Assembly (NCBI GenBank): GCA_004431415.1
Contig: QPMI01000502.1
Span: forward strand, 124,001-188,000
Length of the DNA stretch: 64,000 nt
Direction: 5' to 3'
Origin: Cyanophora paradoxa CCMP329
Taxonomy: Eukaryota; Plantae; Glaucophyta
The stretch's first letter is position 1. Each line of letters opens with the position of its first letter. The notes beneath the pieces are model-generated. The model was given only the letters and a program-made list of their open reading frames with translations. It had not been told where the DNA came from and did no database searches. Made by a program: the position numbers and the translations under genes. Of the stretch, positions 10,546-21,629 are shown one piece after another.

Positions 10546-13500
10546 GTGCGTTTTACATCAATATTTTATGTTGCAATATTTTACATCGCATATGTGCGGT
10601 TGCTATTTGCGCCGGAAGCTAATGCGCCCCTGGTGCACCGGGCAGGAGCACCCCGTGCTGGGGCCCTTGAATCAGCTGGCAGCGCACGAAACTCTGCTGA
10701 CATCTCCACCAGCATTACCAAAGCTTCGTCGCTGCCGGCGAAGTTGTCTTTAGGCGGAAATTCTGAACTCGCGCGGATCTCTTGCGACCCCAAATCCGCG
10801 TCCTCGGACTCGAGCTCTCTCTGCTCATTCCGGGGAGCGGCGCGCTGGGCCGCGGATGCGGCGGGCGCCAGGGGACAGCACAATCTCGTACTCCTCATGT
10901 GGCAGCACTTCGTCACGCTCGGCCGCGAGGACGTCGCGCACGAGTGCGTGCCCCGCGCACCCGTCCCACGAATGTCAATTCTGTCCCGCGAATGTCAATT
11001 CTGATGGGCCCGAACATTCTGGAACGTTCCGCAGACTTTTGAAGGGCAATCCCCTCGGCCCGGGCGATTTGCTGGACCTCTTCTTGTGCGCCTTCTGGGC
11101 GCGCGGCGGGAAGTACGAGGAGCTGGAGGCGGCGCTGAGGCGCCTGGAGGCGGGGGCGGGGGCGGGCGAGGGGCAGCCGCGCCGGCGCACATGTACGGAG
11201 CCCCTCGTGCAGGCCCGCCTCGACGTCCTCGCCGCGCTCCTCGTCGAAGCAGCCGCGCACGACGTCGGGTTCCGCGCCGCGCGGCCCCTCAGCGCCTCCA
11301 GGCGCGCCTCTAGCTCCTCCTCCTCCACGTGCGCCGCCACTCGCCCGCTCGGTCGGCCCGCGCCGCGTGATTCCCTTTGCAGGCGGCGCCACTCGAAGGC
11401 GGACGTACTGAAGGACATCCGACGGGAGGCGCTTGGGGGGGCGGCCCCAACCCCCGACCTCCCCAGTCTCGAGAAGCTCGCGGCGCTGGAGGGGCCGAGG
11501 GACCGCGAAGCCTTTCTGTCCGCCTTCGCCGTCCCGCCCCCGTCCCGGGCCCCGCTTTCGCTCACTCGCCGCCGCCCCCGCTGTCCTCGCCAGGCGAATC
11601 TGCCCGGACTTCAGCGCGGAGGCGTTCCGCGCGGAGTTCATCCGCAGGAACCTCGACATAGAGGACGGCCGCCTCGCCAAGGTGCGGTCTTTGGGGCGTT
11701 TTGAATACCTTCGACTTGCATTTGGGAAGTCGTAAATCTTGGAATGTTTGTTTTGACCTTTGAACTTGCTCTAACTGGCATATGACTTGGTCTCGCAACT
11801 TTTTTGCGGCTCATCATTCATTTTGAATTCCAATCTCTAGCTCTAGCTCCTCCACGACATCCATAGATTAATTTTTTTTAGTTGACGAATCAATTATTTC
11901 TAGCACGCCCCACCCGTTTCGCCCTAAGCTTCCTCCGAACTTGCATGGAATTGTGTGGCCACTTGTCTGTCTGTGGCGCACCATTCTCAGTCTCGTGATG
12001 CTTACAATTCGTTTTTTTCTCTGTTCAACCCCCTGATGTTTGTCTAGCTCCGCCCCGCTCCTCGCCTCCGCTGAGCCTGCGGCAGGCTGCGCCGGGGAGC
12101 GTGTGGCGCCCGCTGCGCATCGACGCGGGCCGCCTGGTCCGGCTCGTCCAGTACGGGTGCGCCCCGCCTCGCCCCTCGCCCCTCGCGATCGCAGCCGGCG
12201 CGCGCGCGCCGGCCTCACGGCCACGGGTCCCCCGCCAGGATCGCGTACGAGATGTACCACCCGGTGCTGAAGCCGCACGTGGCGCGGGCCGAGGCGCTCC
12301 ACATCGACGCCGCCGCCTACGACGTCCTCCGCGGCGAGACCGCCGCCGCCGTCTGGGGCCCCGAGACGCCCGGCTCCCTCGAGGCGGAGGAGGCGCGCCA
12401 GGCGGCCGGGCTGCAGGAGCGCGCGGAGCGGGCGGAGCGGGCGCTGGCGGAGGCGCGCGAGGCCGCGCGCCGGGCCGAGGAGCGGGCGGAGCGGGCGGAG
12501 GCGCGGGCGGCGGAGGCGGAGGCGGAGTGCCGGCGGGAGGTGGAGGCGGCGAGGGCCGAGGTCGTCGACCTGCGGCGGCAGCTGGTGCGCCCCGCGCCCT
12601 CCCCTGCGATGCCGCCCCCGGAGCCCGCGCTCACGGGCGCGCCGTCGCAGCCGTCGCGGCGCCCCCGTTCCCCTCCACACGGCGGCCCCAGGCTCCGGCG
12701 GCGCCCGCGGCGTCAGAGCCGGCCCGCGTGTCCCCGTCCCCGGAGCCGGCTATCCCTGCCCCTGCGCCGGAGCCGCCGCAGCCCGTCACCGAGCGGGGAG
12801 AGCCCGTCGCGATCAAGAAGGAACCGGAGGAGGAGCGGAAGCGGAAGCGCGAGGCAGAGGCGGCGCCGGCGCGGCCAGACGCGGCGGTCAAGCGCGATCC
12901 CGGAGCGCTGGCGATCAAGCGCGAGCGCGAAGCAGCACCGCCGGCCGCGCCGCCGGCCGCCGTGGTCAAGCGGGAGCGCGGAGCGGAGGCGCCGCCGGCC
13001 CTGGCGAGTGCGGCGGAGCGGCTGGAGGGCTCGCTCGCGAAGCGGGCGCGGGCCTCTCCGCCCCCGCCCCGGGGGCTCCCCGCCTCCCCTGCGCGGTCCG
13101 GGCCGCCGCAGCCGCAGCCGCGGCCGTCGAGCTCGAGCGAGCGCGCCCTCGAGGCCATCGACGTCATCGACATCACCGACTCGGACGACGAGGAGCCCGG
13201 CTCCCTCCCGCCGCCCCCGCCCCGGCCGCCGCCTTGTCTCCGTCAAGCGCGAGCCGGAGGCGCCGCCCGCGCGCCCGCGCCCCGCCCGGGGACAAGCGTC
13301 CTCGTCCTCCCCTCCCGCCCCCGCCCCGCCGCGGCGGCTGCCGCGCCGGCGGCGGCAGCGACAGCGGTCATCGCGCCCGACGCACTCGTGCGCGCCTCTT
13401 CCTCCTCCGCCCTCCCGGCGGCGGCTGACCGCCCGGGCGCCCCCGCAGGAGGTGCGCGTGCTGGAGCAGGTGCTCGAGCCGCGGCCCTCGCCCGTCGCCG

Positions 13501-15897
13501 CCCTCGCCTTCTCCTGGGGCGTCTGCCGTGCGCCCCGCCCCGCCCGTCTCCCCCCGCCGGCCCCCGCGCGCCTCACGCCGCGCAGCGCTCTCGGGCCCCG
13601 CCGTGAGCGACGCCGTCGTGAGCCTGCATCGCTGCGGCAAGGCGCAGAAGTACCACTGGCGGCGGCCGGCCCCGAGGAGGCCCCCGCGCAGGAGCCGCCG
13701 CCGCCGGGCCCCTCGACATCGTCGGCATGGTCCCCATCGTGCGCCCCTTACCCCCCTGCGCCGCGCCGCCTCACGGGCCCCGCAGGAGATCGACCTCGAC
13801 ATGGACCCCATCCTCGCCTGCCCCGCGGGCCCATGGTCCCGTGCCCCAGCCCGCCGCTCCCGCCCCGGCCGCCGCCCGGGCGGAGCGGCCGCGGCGGCTG
13901 CACCAGCGGCACCAGCGGCGGCGGCGGCGGCGGCCCCCGCAGCGGCGCCGGCATCGCCGCCGCCGGCGTCGCAGCCTCTCGGCGGGTCCCTCTCGCAGCC
14001 CGCGGAAGGCGAGGGCTCGCAAGGGGCGCCCGAAGCGGCCGGAGCGCCGGCGCAGCACCGGCAGCACCGCCAGCGGCGCCGGCGCTGATGTTCACGCACG
14101 CACTGGAGCTGCCGGCGGAGGCGCTGCAGCGCGTCGGGCCGCAGCGCCCCGCGCACGCCCTCCCCGCCCTCGCCCTCTCCCGCGTGCGCCCCGCCAGCCC
14201 GCTCGCCGCCAGACTCCGCACCGACGCCGGCGCAGAACGACGCGTACATGCTCGCCTCCCTCGGCACCGCGGGGTACCTCTTCAGGTGCCCGCCTCCGCG
14301 CCGCCGCGCCGCCGCGCCGCCCCGCCGCCGCGCGCCCGGGGCCCTGACGGGGGCGGGGGCAGCGTGTACGGGCGGCACGCGCGGTGGGAGCGGTTCGGGC
14401 TGATGCGGAGCGACGCGGAGGGGCCCGGGGCGAACCCCCAGTGGCCCACCGCCATCGCCTTCAGCCTCCACGACAACAACGTCGTCCTCGTCGGCACCCA
14501 GGCCCGCCCCGCCCCTGTTCCCGCGCCCCGCCCCGCCCGCCGCTGCAGCTGAGCGCGCCGCGCAGACGGGCCGCGTGCGGATCTCGAACCTGAAGAGCCG
14601 GCGGCCGGTGGTGGAGTGCCCGGCCGGCCTCGGCCCAACGGCGCCCCCGTCGCCGCGCCCGTCGCGGCCGTGCTGCCCACGGTCTGCCGCGCGCCCTCGT
14701 GGGCGTGGTGGGCGAACCCGGGCGCTCCGGCGCCCCGCCCCGCCCCGCTGGACGCCTCGACGCCCGACCCGACCGCCGAGGGCCGCTGGGTCTACTGCGA
14801 CTTCGCCGCCGCCGGGACGTGCGCCCTCGACCCGCGCCCCCTCCGCCCCGCCCCGCCCCCGCCGACGTGCCGGGGCGGCGCAGGAGCCTCCTCGCGCTCT
14901 TCACGCCCTCAGCCGAGCTCCTCAACGCGCAGCCGCCCGAGGGCCCCACCCCCGACTGCCGTCCGCCCCGCCCGCCCGCCTCCGTCCCGGCGCAGCGCCG
15001 GCTGACGTGGCACGGCAGTGCTGGCGCGGCTGGAGCTCGCGGGGACCGCCCCGCCCGGCTCCACCGCCCGCGTCGTCCCCGGCGGTGCGCCCCCGCCCCG
15101 GCCCCCGCCCCGCCGCCCCGCGCAGAACCCTCCTGACGCCCGCCCCTCCCCTCCTTCGCTGCAGGCGTGCACTTCTTTCTGCAGGGCTTCGACCCGGCGC
15201 GCCGCACGCCGCCGGCGCCGGCGCCGCCGCGGCGCCCCGGGGCCCGCCGCCGCCGCCGCCGCTGCCGTTCGGGCTGCCCCCGTGGACCTGCCCGAGGAGG
15301 AGGGGCGGCTGGCGCAGCTGGTGGCGGTGACGCTGGAGGACCGCCTCGTGCTGGCCCGCCTGCGGCCGCTCCCCGCCGGCGCCGGCCCCGCCCCGATGGC
15401 CCTCGAGGTCGCCCACGCCGCGCCCCTGCCCCCGGGCTACGCCCGCTTCCAGGCCTCGTCCCTCTCCGCCGACGCCGCCGCCCTCTACGTCCTCGCCGCC
15501 CGCCCCGGCCCCGGCCCCGGGGCGCCGGGGGCCCCCAGGCCCTCCTCGTCTACGACCTCTCCCGGGGCCTGCCGCCGCCGCCTGGACCCTGCCCCGGGCC
15601 GCCTCGCCCGCCCCGCCCTCGCCCTCGACCTCCCCGCCGCCCTCCGGCCCGCCTCCGTGCCGCCGCCGCCGCCGCGCCCCCCGGGACGCCCCCCGCCCCC
15701 GCCGACGCCCACGTTGCCACCTGCCTCGCCGCCTCGCCCAAGGACGCCGGCCTGGTACCCCTCCCTCCGCCCCCACTGCCCGCCCCGAGCCTTCAGGGCT
15801 GACGGTCCCCCAGGTCGCGGTGGGCACGCGGGGCGGGGCGACGGCCCTCCTGCGCATCCCCGAGCCGCTCCTGCGCCAGCTCGGCGCCCGCACCTAG
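10546..15897 (+). CDS. Large multi-exon hypothetical protein (possibly two genes): coiled coil, psi-KxE cluster, acidic SIM-like motif, C-terminal beta-propeller-like segments; boundaries uncertain
   Basis: Exon peptides LDLFLCAFWARGGKYEELEAAL, MYHPVLKPHVARAEALHIDA, AERAERALAEARE, IDVIDITDSDDEE, WPTAIAFSLHDNNVVLVGTQ|TGRVRISNLKS; typical short introns. Confidence 0.45.
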
Positions 15898-16552
15898 CCG
15901 CCGCGCCGCCTCGTCGGCCGTCTGTAGTCCCCGGTGCGGTATGCTTTTTGCAGTCCGTTCGCTGTCCGTCACGCTAGGTCTATATGTGACTTGTGACAGC
16001 CATCTATTTTAGCAACAGACCCCCCGGCCCGCGCGCTGCTTTTCAAAATCCGCAGCGTGTGCCTGTACACCATCTATCTTCCTCCGCGATGCAGTGACTC
16101 TAGTTTGTGATAGCGATCTCAGCCGATCTGAGCCCCCCATAGGCAAAGACCCCCCTCCTCCGAGCCACGCTTCGAAATTCTCGAAGCTAGGATTCGAATT
16201 CGAAGCAGAAAGCTCGTCATGGCAGCTCCAGTGCTAGTGTACAAGCTAGTAGCCTGGAAGAACTGAGCAGTACTGGTACTAGTGAGTGAATTCGTTGTCC
16301 CCCGGCCCCGGCCCCAAACCCCGGCCCCGTCCCCCCGGCCCGCGGCCGTTCCCCAAATCACTGCGCTCAGAGGGCCCTAGCCCGGGCATCCAAACTCGAA
16401 AAAGCTTGAACTTAATGCCAGCGGGTAAAGACTGAACTTGCTTATTTAGATCCCGAAGTTCGGAAAGAACTTCACGTAATACATAGGCCGGGGCTCTTTC
16501 GGTACGCGGTGCTGGGGCCGAGAAGCGGAACCACCGGGCGTCTCGACAGAGG

Positions 16553-16628
16553 CGCTGCTGCGAATTCTTCGGGCTGCACGCCGACCTACGGGGTAGGCCT
16601 TTTGGCATGCGCCGTCATGGGCGCAGGC
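16553..16628 (-). promoter_or_regulatory. Type II SECIS element in the 3' UTR of the selenoprotein gene
   Basis: Minus strand AUGAC-GGCGCAUGCC-AAAA-GGCCUAC(CCC)GUAGGUC-GGCGUGCAGCC-CGAA: AUGA/GA core, helix II, unpaired As, apical mini-stem, helix I CUGCG/CGCAG; ~85 nt after the stop codon. Confidence 0.85.
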
Positions 16629-16702
16629 GCCGCTGGGTCGCCCGGCGGGGCCGCCTCCACAGGCTCCCGTCCCGCGGAGCATTCCCGGCGTCCTCCGCTC
16701 AG

Positions 16703-17497
16703 TTACTTGATGAACGGGCGGACCTGCGCCGGCGCGCAACGCAGAGTCAGCGCTGGGCCTTGGAGAGGGCGCGGGAGGCGGCGCACTCGCTCCACGACGT
16801 CGTTGGGCTCAGGGAACCCACCGCCGTTCAGCTTGCTGTGGATGAGCTCGCCGCTCTCAAGCACAATCTGCGCGCGAAGAGGAATTCATGGTCAGGGGCG
16901 TTCGCGCAGCACTTGAACGGGAAAGCGGACCTCGAAGGCGCTAGCGCGGGGCTGCGCGGCGGCGGCAGTGTTAGCGGAAAGCGGCGCCGTAGACTCCAAA
17001 CTGCGCGCACCGCCTTCGCATTCCCAACTACTTCCACTTGCTCGCCGAAGGCCCTGTTCAACGCGGCCGCCACCCTGCCGCGATGCAGTCAGAGGCGTTC
17101 ATTCACGCAGCCGGAGCCTCGGAGGCGTGCGCACGCGTTGAACTTGGACCCGTACCCTCAGCGAGTGCAGTACTCAATGTCGATCTACGCGGTCAGCAAC
17201 CGTGTTATCAATGCGAGAGCGCGCGAGCGAGCGGCCGGCGGAGAGGACGGAGAGAGAGGCCGATTATTTAGCTGAGGCAAGAGGCAGAATGGTCGTCTCG
17301 GCATGGCCGCCAGCATGAGGCAATAATGCGCACGCGCCCCGGATTGGGGCGGCGGCCGGACCAGAGACGGCGCGGAAAAGCTAGAGGGACAAGAAATGAG
17401 CGCCTAAAACGAGTGTGCGTGGGCCGCGCGGTTCAACGGCGGCCAGAAAGATGCTCAATGCTTGGCACTGCATGACATAGCGTGCACGCACCCGCAT
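16703..17497 (-). CDS. SELW: Selenoprotein W-like (Rdx family, CxxU) protein, ~6 exons, Sec UGA at 17158-17160
   Basis: Spliced translation MR|IDIEYCTRUGYGSKFNA|VAAALNRAFGEQVEVVGNAKA|PRASAFE|IVLESGELIHSKLNGGGFPEPNDVVER|VRPFIK*; Rdx motifs YCxxUGY, FEI, IHSK..G.GFP; GT-AG introns in phase. Confidence 0.9.
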
Positions 17498-17654
17498 TTT
17501 CTAGAGAGGCTCGTGCGAGGATAGTGAAACGCTGTGCTGTGCTGTGAGCGCTGGCGCTGATTGCGACGTACCCCCGGTGTTGGGGTACATCGCGAGAGAG
17601 AGTGAAGAGGCGACCGCGCGGTCGCGGTTTGCAGGTGGCGCTAGGAGCGCGCAA

Positions 17655-19399
17655 ATGGCCTGCAATGGCTTCAGGAGGGCGGCGGCGCTGCGCCTGGCGT
17701 GCCTCGCGCTGTGCGCGCTGGCGGCGCTTGCTGAGCGGAACCCGATGGACGAAGGACCGAACATGCGGCCCGTGATAGGCGTCATGGCGCAGCCTTCCGA
17801 CGGTCCCATCCAATCGCTCGGGCCGCAGTACATCAGCGCCTCGTACGTGAAGTTCCTGGAGAGCGCTGGCGCGCGCGTGCTGCCCGTCCGGTGCGAGCCA
17901 GCGCGCGCGCACGCAGCTGCATAGCTGTATATGAGCGCTGCGTAGCCTCGGTTGGGCCTTGCTCGGCCGCAGACGTCCAGATTCGCCCTTGATTCGGCCG
18001 CGGCCCCGTCGCAGGTACGACCTCTCGTTTGCGGACCTTGAGACCGTGTTCAACAACATCAACGGACTCCTGATTCCGGGAGGCGCCGCGGATCTCAACA
18101 AGTCGCCCTTCTACTTCACGCTCGAGTACCTCTTCAAGCTCGCCATAAAGGTCCTCGCGCTCGCCCCTCTAGCCAAGCCTCGCTCACGCGCGGTTGGGCG
18201 AGCGTAGGAGAACAAGGCGGGCAGCTACTTTCCGGTGCGCTCGCCGGCCCTCGCGCGCGCGCCGCGGCCCGCCGACAGCGCGCGCGCCCAGGTCTGGGGG
18301 ACGTGCAATGGATTCGAGGCGCTGACGGTGATCGTGGGGCAAGACTACGGGGTGTTGACGCAGTACGATGCGGAGAACTACACGGTGCCGCTGCAGCTGG
18401 CGGGGGCGGCGAAGGGCAGCCGGCTCCTGCGCTACGCGCCCCCCGAGGTCGTCGAGGACCTTGCCACGCTCCCCATCACGATGAACAACCACCACTTCGG
18501 CGTCCATCCCGACGACTGGGCCGGTGCGCCCCCGGATCGGATCACCTCCGGCCCCGCGCCCCGCCTCGCCGCCTCGCCGGCCGTTCGTGAGGCCGGGGCG
18601 GCAGCGAACGGGCGGCTGGCGGAATTCTTCGACATCGTGTCGACCAACGTGGACCGGGCGGGCCGCACCTTCATCTCCACCATCGAAGCCAAGCAGTTCC
18701 CCGTCTACGGCGTCCAGTGGCACCCCGAGAAGCCCCAGTTGTGCGTACCCCCCGCCCCTCCTCGCACCGTGCCCCCGCCCACGCTCCCTCCCGCAGCGAG
18801 TGGGACCCGCTGGAGGTGATCGACCACTCGGGCCCGTCGGTGCGCGGCCGGCGGCGCCGCTCGGGGCCCCTCGGGCGGGTCTGAAAGGCGGCGGACGCGA
18901 GCGCAGGTGCGGGCGTCGCAGTACATCGCGAACTTTATCGTCTCCGAGGCCCGCAGGAGCCTCCACCGTGCGCGCCGCGCCCCGGCCGCGGCGAGGGCAG
19001 GGGGGAGGGGCCCGAGCCGCCGGGGCGCAGAGCTGGACCCGAAGCTGCAGGGGCAGCTGATCTACGCCCACTCGCCCGTCTACGTCCAGGACCGCCTCCG
19101 CTACTTCCAGCAGGTCCCGCCCCGCCCCGCCCGCCCCGCCCCGGCCCTGAGCCCCCGTCCCCGCCCCCGCCTCACCGGCTCTTCTCGCGGCAGGCGTACT
19201 TCTTCGACTCGGCGACGTACAACCCCGCGGGGCGCGTGCTCCCCGCGGGGCCCGACGCCCGCGCGCCCCCGTCCCGCCTCCGCGGCTCCAAGCACCCCGA
19301 CCCCGCCGCCGGCCCCCTCGTCGTCTAGCGCGCAGCTCGGCCCAGGCGCAGGCATCATCGGGAGCAGGCCCTCCAATTCGATCGTGGCAGAGGCGATAG
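17655..19399 (+). CDS. GGH: Gamma-glutamyl hydrolase (peptidase C26), secreted/vacuolar; end approximate
   Basis: Signal peptide; [46 protein letters not shown] (catalytic Cys), [30 protein letters not shown]. Confidence 0.93.
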
Positions 19400-19647
19400 G
19401 CCTAGGTTTCCTCAGTTTCAACACGGCAGTGCTAGTCCTTTCTTCAGCAGATAGCTTCAGCGAGCTAGAGAGTTCGAGTCACGTACAGCCACGCAGGATA
19501 GCGAGAATCGTAACCGTAGGCGATGTGCAGCAGGCAGACGCAGGGTCTGGTATTCAGTTCCGTATTTTTACTGGTATTTAATTTGTTAAAAAGGCATTGC
19601 CGCCGGCCGGGCGGGGTTATCAAAGGAGCGACGTCCAGGGCGGGGGC

Positions 19648-21188
19648 CTAGGGAGGGGGCAGGTGGGCGGCGGGGATGCGGGCGGGCCAGCCGTCCTCGG
19701 ACTCGGGCGCGATGGGCAGCGGCGCGGCGCCCTCCGCGAAGGCGCGCGTGCCCCCGCCGGGCTCCTCGCGATCGCCGCCGTCGCCGACCCCGTCGCCCGC
19801 GCCCCCCGTGTAGTCGATGAGCACCTGGGGCGGGCCGGGGCCGTCAGGGCGGGCGAAGATGAAGGAGAAGGAGGAAGAGGGGGCGCGGGGGCGGGCCTGC
19901 TCGCCGGGGGCGATGTGCCTGCAGGCGAGGAGGGCGACGCGGGGGAGTCCGCCCTCGAACCAGGAGAGGGCCTCCGCGTTGGGCGCCCCGCTGTGGTTCG
20001 CGAGGGCCCCGAGGCCCCGCGCGGCTGCTGCGTCCACCACGACCCCCGCCACGAGCGTGCGGAACGTGTACACGTCCGACGCCCGCCCCGCCGACCGCTC
20101 CTTCACCTCCCCGGGGTACGAGCACACGAACTCCCCGGCCCCGAAGGCCCGCAGCGCGAAGAGGCCGTACCCCACCGCCTCCGAGACGAGGGCGAGGGCG
20201 AGGGCGGCGGGGTCGTCGCGCCCCGCGCGGGCCCGCTCGAGGGCCTCCGGGGGGTGGGCGGCGTTGTGCCGGCGGGGCCGGAGCGCGTTGACGGCGACGT
20301 GGCGGACGTAGCTGCGCGTGGCGACGCTCCGGCTGGTGAGGCGCACCTCGAAGCCGGCGCGCGCCGAGAGGAGCGCCTCGAGGCGCCCCGGGGGGACCTC
20401 CTCCACCCGCCCCGCGCCCCGGTCGTACAGGCGCAGGGGCCCGAGCTCCCACGCCGGCGCCCGCGCCATCGCGGCCGCCTCGGCGGCGCTGCAGTCGAGG
20501 ATGTCGCCGCGGGCGGCGGCGAGGGCGGGGGCCTCCCCCGGGGCCACGCCGAGGTCGGCGGCGAGGTCGAGGCGCTTGAGGCCGGCGAGGAGCGCCGGCG
20601 TGAGGCCGTACGCGTCCTCGCAGGCCAGCGGCGCCCCGGCACGCACCAGCGCCCGCGCCGCCTCCCGGTTGTCCATCAGCAGCGCGAAGTGCAGGAGCGT
20701 CTGCCGGTACCGCCCGACCGTCCCCGCGAGCGCCCCGGGGGAGAGCCCGTCGAGCTCGGGGACGCGCCCGGTGACGATCTCCTCGAGGGGCCGGGGCAGC
20801 TCCTCGACGGAGCCGGCCAGGTCGAGCAGCTGCACCCGCCCCACCGCCCGCAGCTCCGCCCCGAAGTCCTCCGCCCCCGACCCGTCCCCCATCGCTGCCC
20901 GCGCGATGAGCCCGCCGGCGACGCGACGCGACGCGCGCGCACGCACCCATCTCCCACATCATGTCCGCGAAGAGGGCCTCGCTGCGGGCGGGGCGCGGCC
21001 GCGGTCGGCGCGCGGACGGGCCGTGCGGGCCGTGCGGGGGCGCCGGCGGGGCGTCGGCCGCACGAGATCTTCTTGGACGCGATGTGCGGGGCGCTGTAAA
21101 AAGTGTACGTCGGCTTCCCCGCCAGGTCCAGCCGCCCCACCGGGCCGAGGCCTGGCGGCGCCGCGTCCGACACGCTGGGGTCGAACAT
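19648..21188 (-). CDS. Ankyrin-repeat plus SET-domain putative lysine methyltransferase (start uncertain)
   Basis: QTLLHFALLMDNREAARALVRAGA..DAYGLTPALLA (ANK); GYGLFALRAFGAGEFVCSYPGE, ANHSGAPN, RHIAPGEQ|VLIDY (SET). Confidence 0.8.
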
Positions 21189-21629
21189 CGGAGCGCGAGC
21201 ACGGGTTGCAAGCCGACGCCACAACAACACCACAAAAGGTACAGCGCTGCCTGCAAGCCCAGCCGATCGTGCGTGGCGATCTCCTGGCGCTCGATGCAGC
21301 CGCGGCCGCACGGAGAGGCTGCCGCGGCGCCCGAAGCTCGGCCTATCGCTGAACTCAACCGCCTCTACCGCAAGCCGATCAAGCTGCAGCGCTCAGCTGC
21401 GCCGAAGCTACCGCTACCCGCGGCGGAGCGCGGTAAGCTACGTCCGGTACGGCGGTGCCTGCGTATACGCACGGTAGCGCACCCTATAAGCGACTTGCGG
21501 AGTGCGGGCGAGGCCAGAACCGGTGGTCCGGTGCCGGTTTGGGGGTACAGGGCTCTGATGCTGGCGGCGGCATCGAACAGGGACTAAAGAGCCAGCGATC
21601 GCCGCCGACGGGCCGCGAAGGGCGCTTCG

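Noticed and set aside
9840-10622. 260-aa plus-strand ORF
   Set aside because: No motifs, atypical codon usage, no supporting intron pattern
10963-11002. 20-bp tandem duplication, and similar pairs at 53402-53434 and 28303/28450, as CRISPR-like repeats
   Set aside because: Only two copies each, no spacers, eukaryotic context, no cas genes
16279-16608. 109-aa minus-strand ORF (MPKGLPRR..)
   Set aside because: Starts inside the SECIS and lies in the selenoprotein 3' UTR
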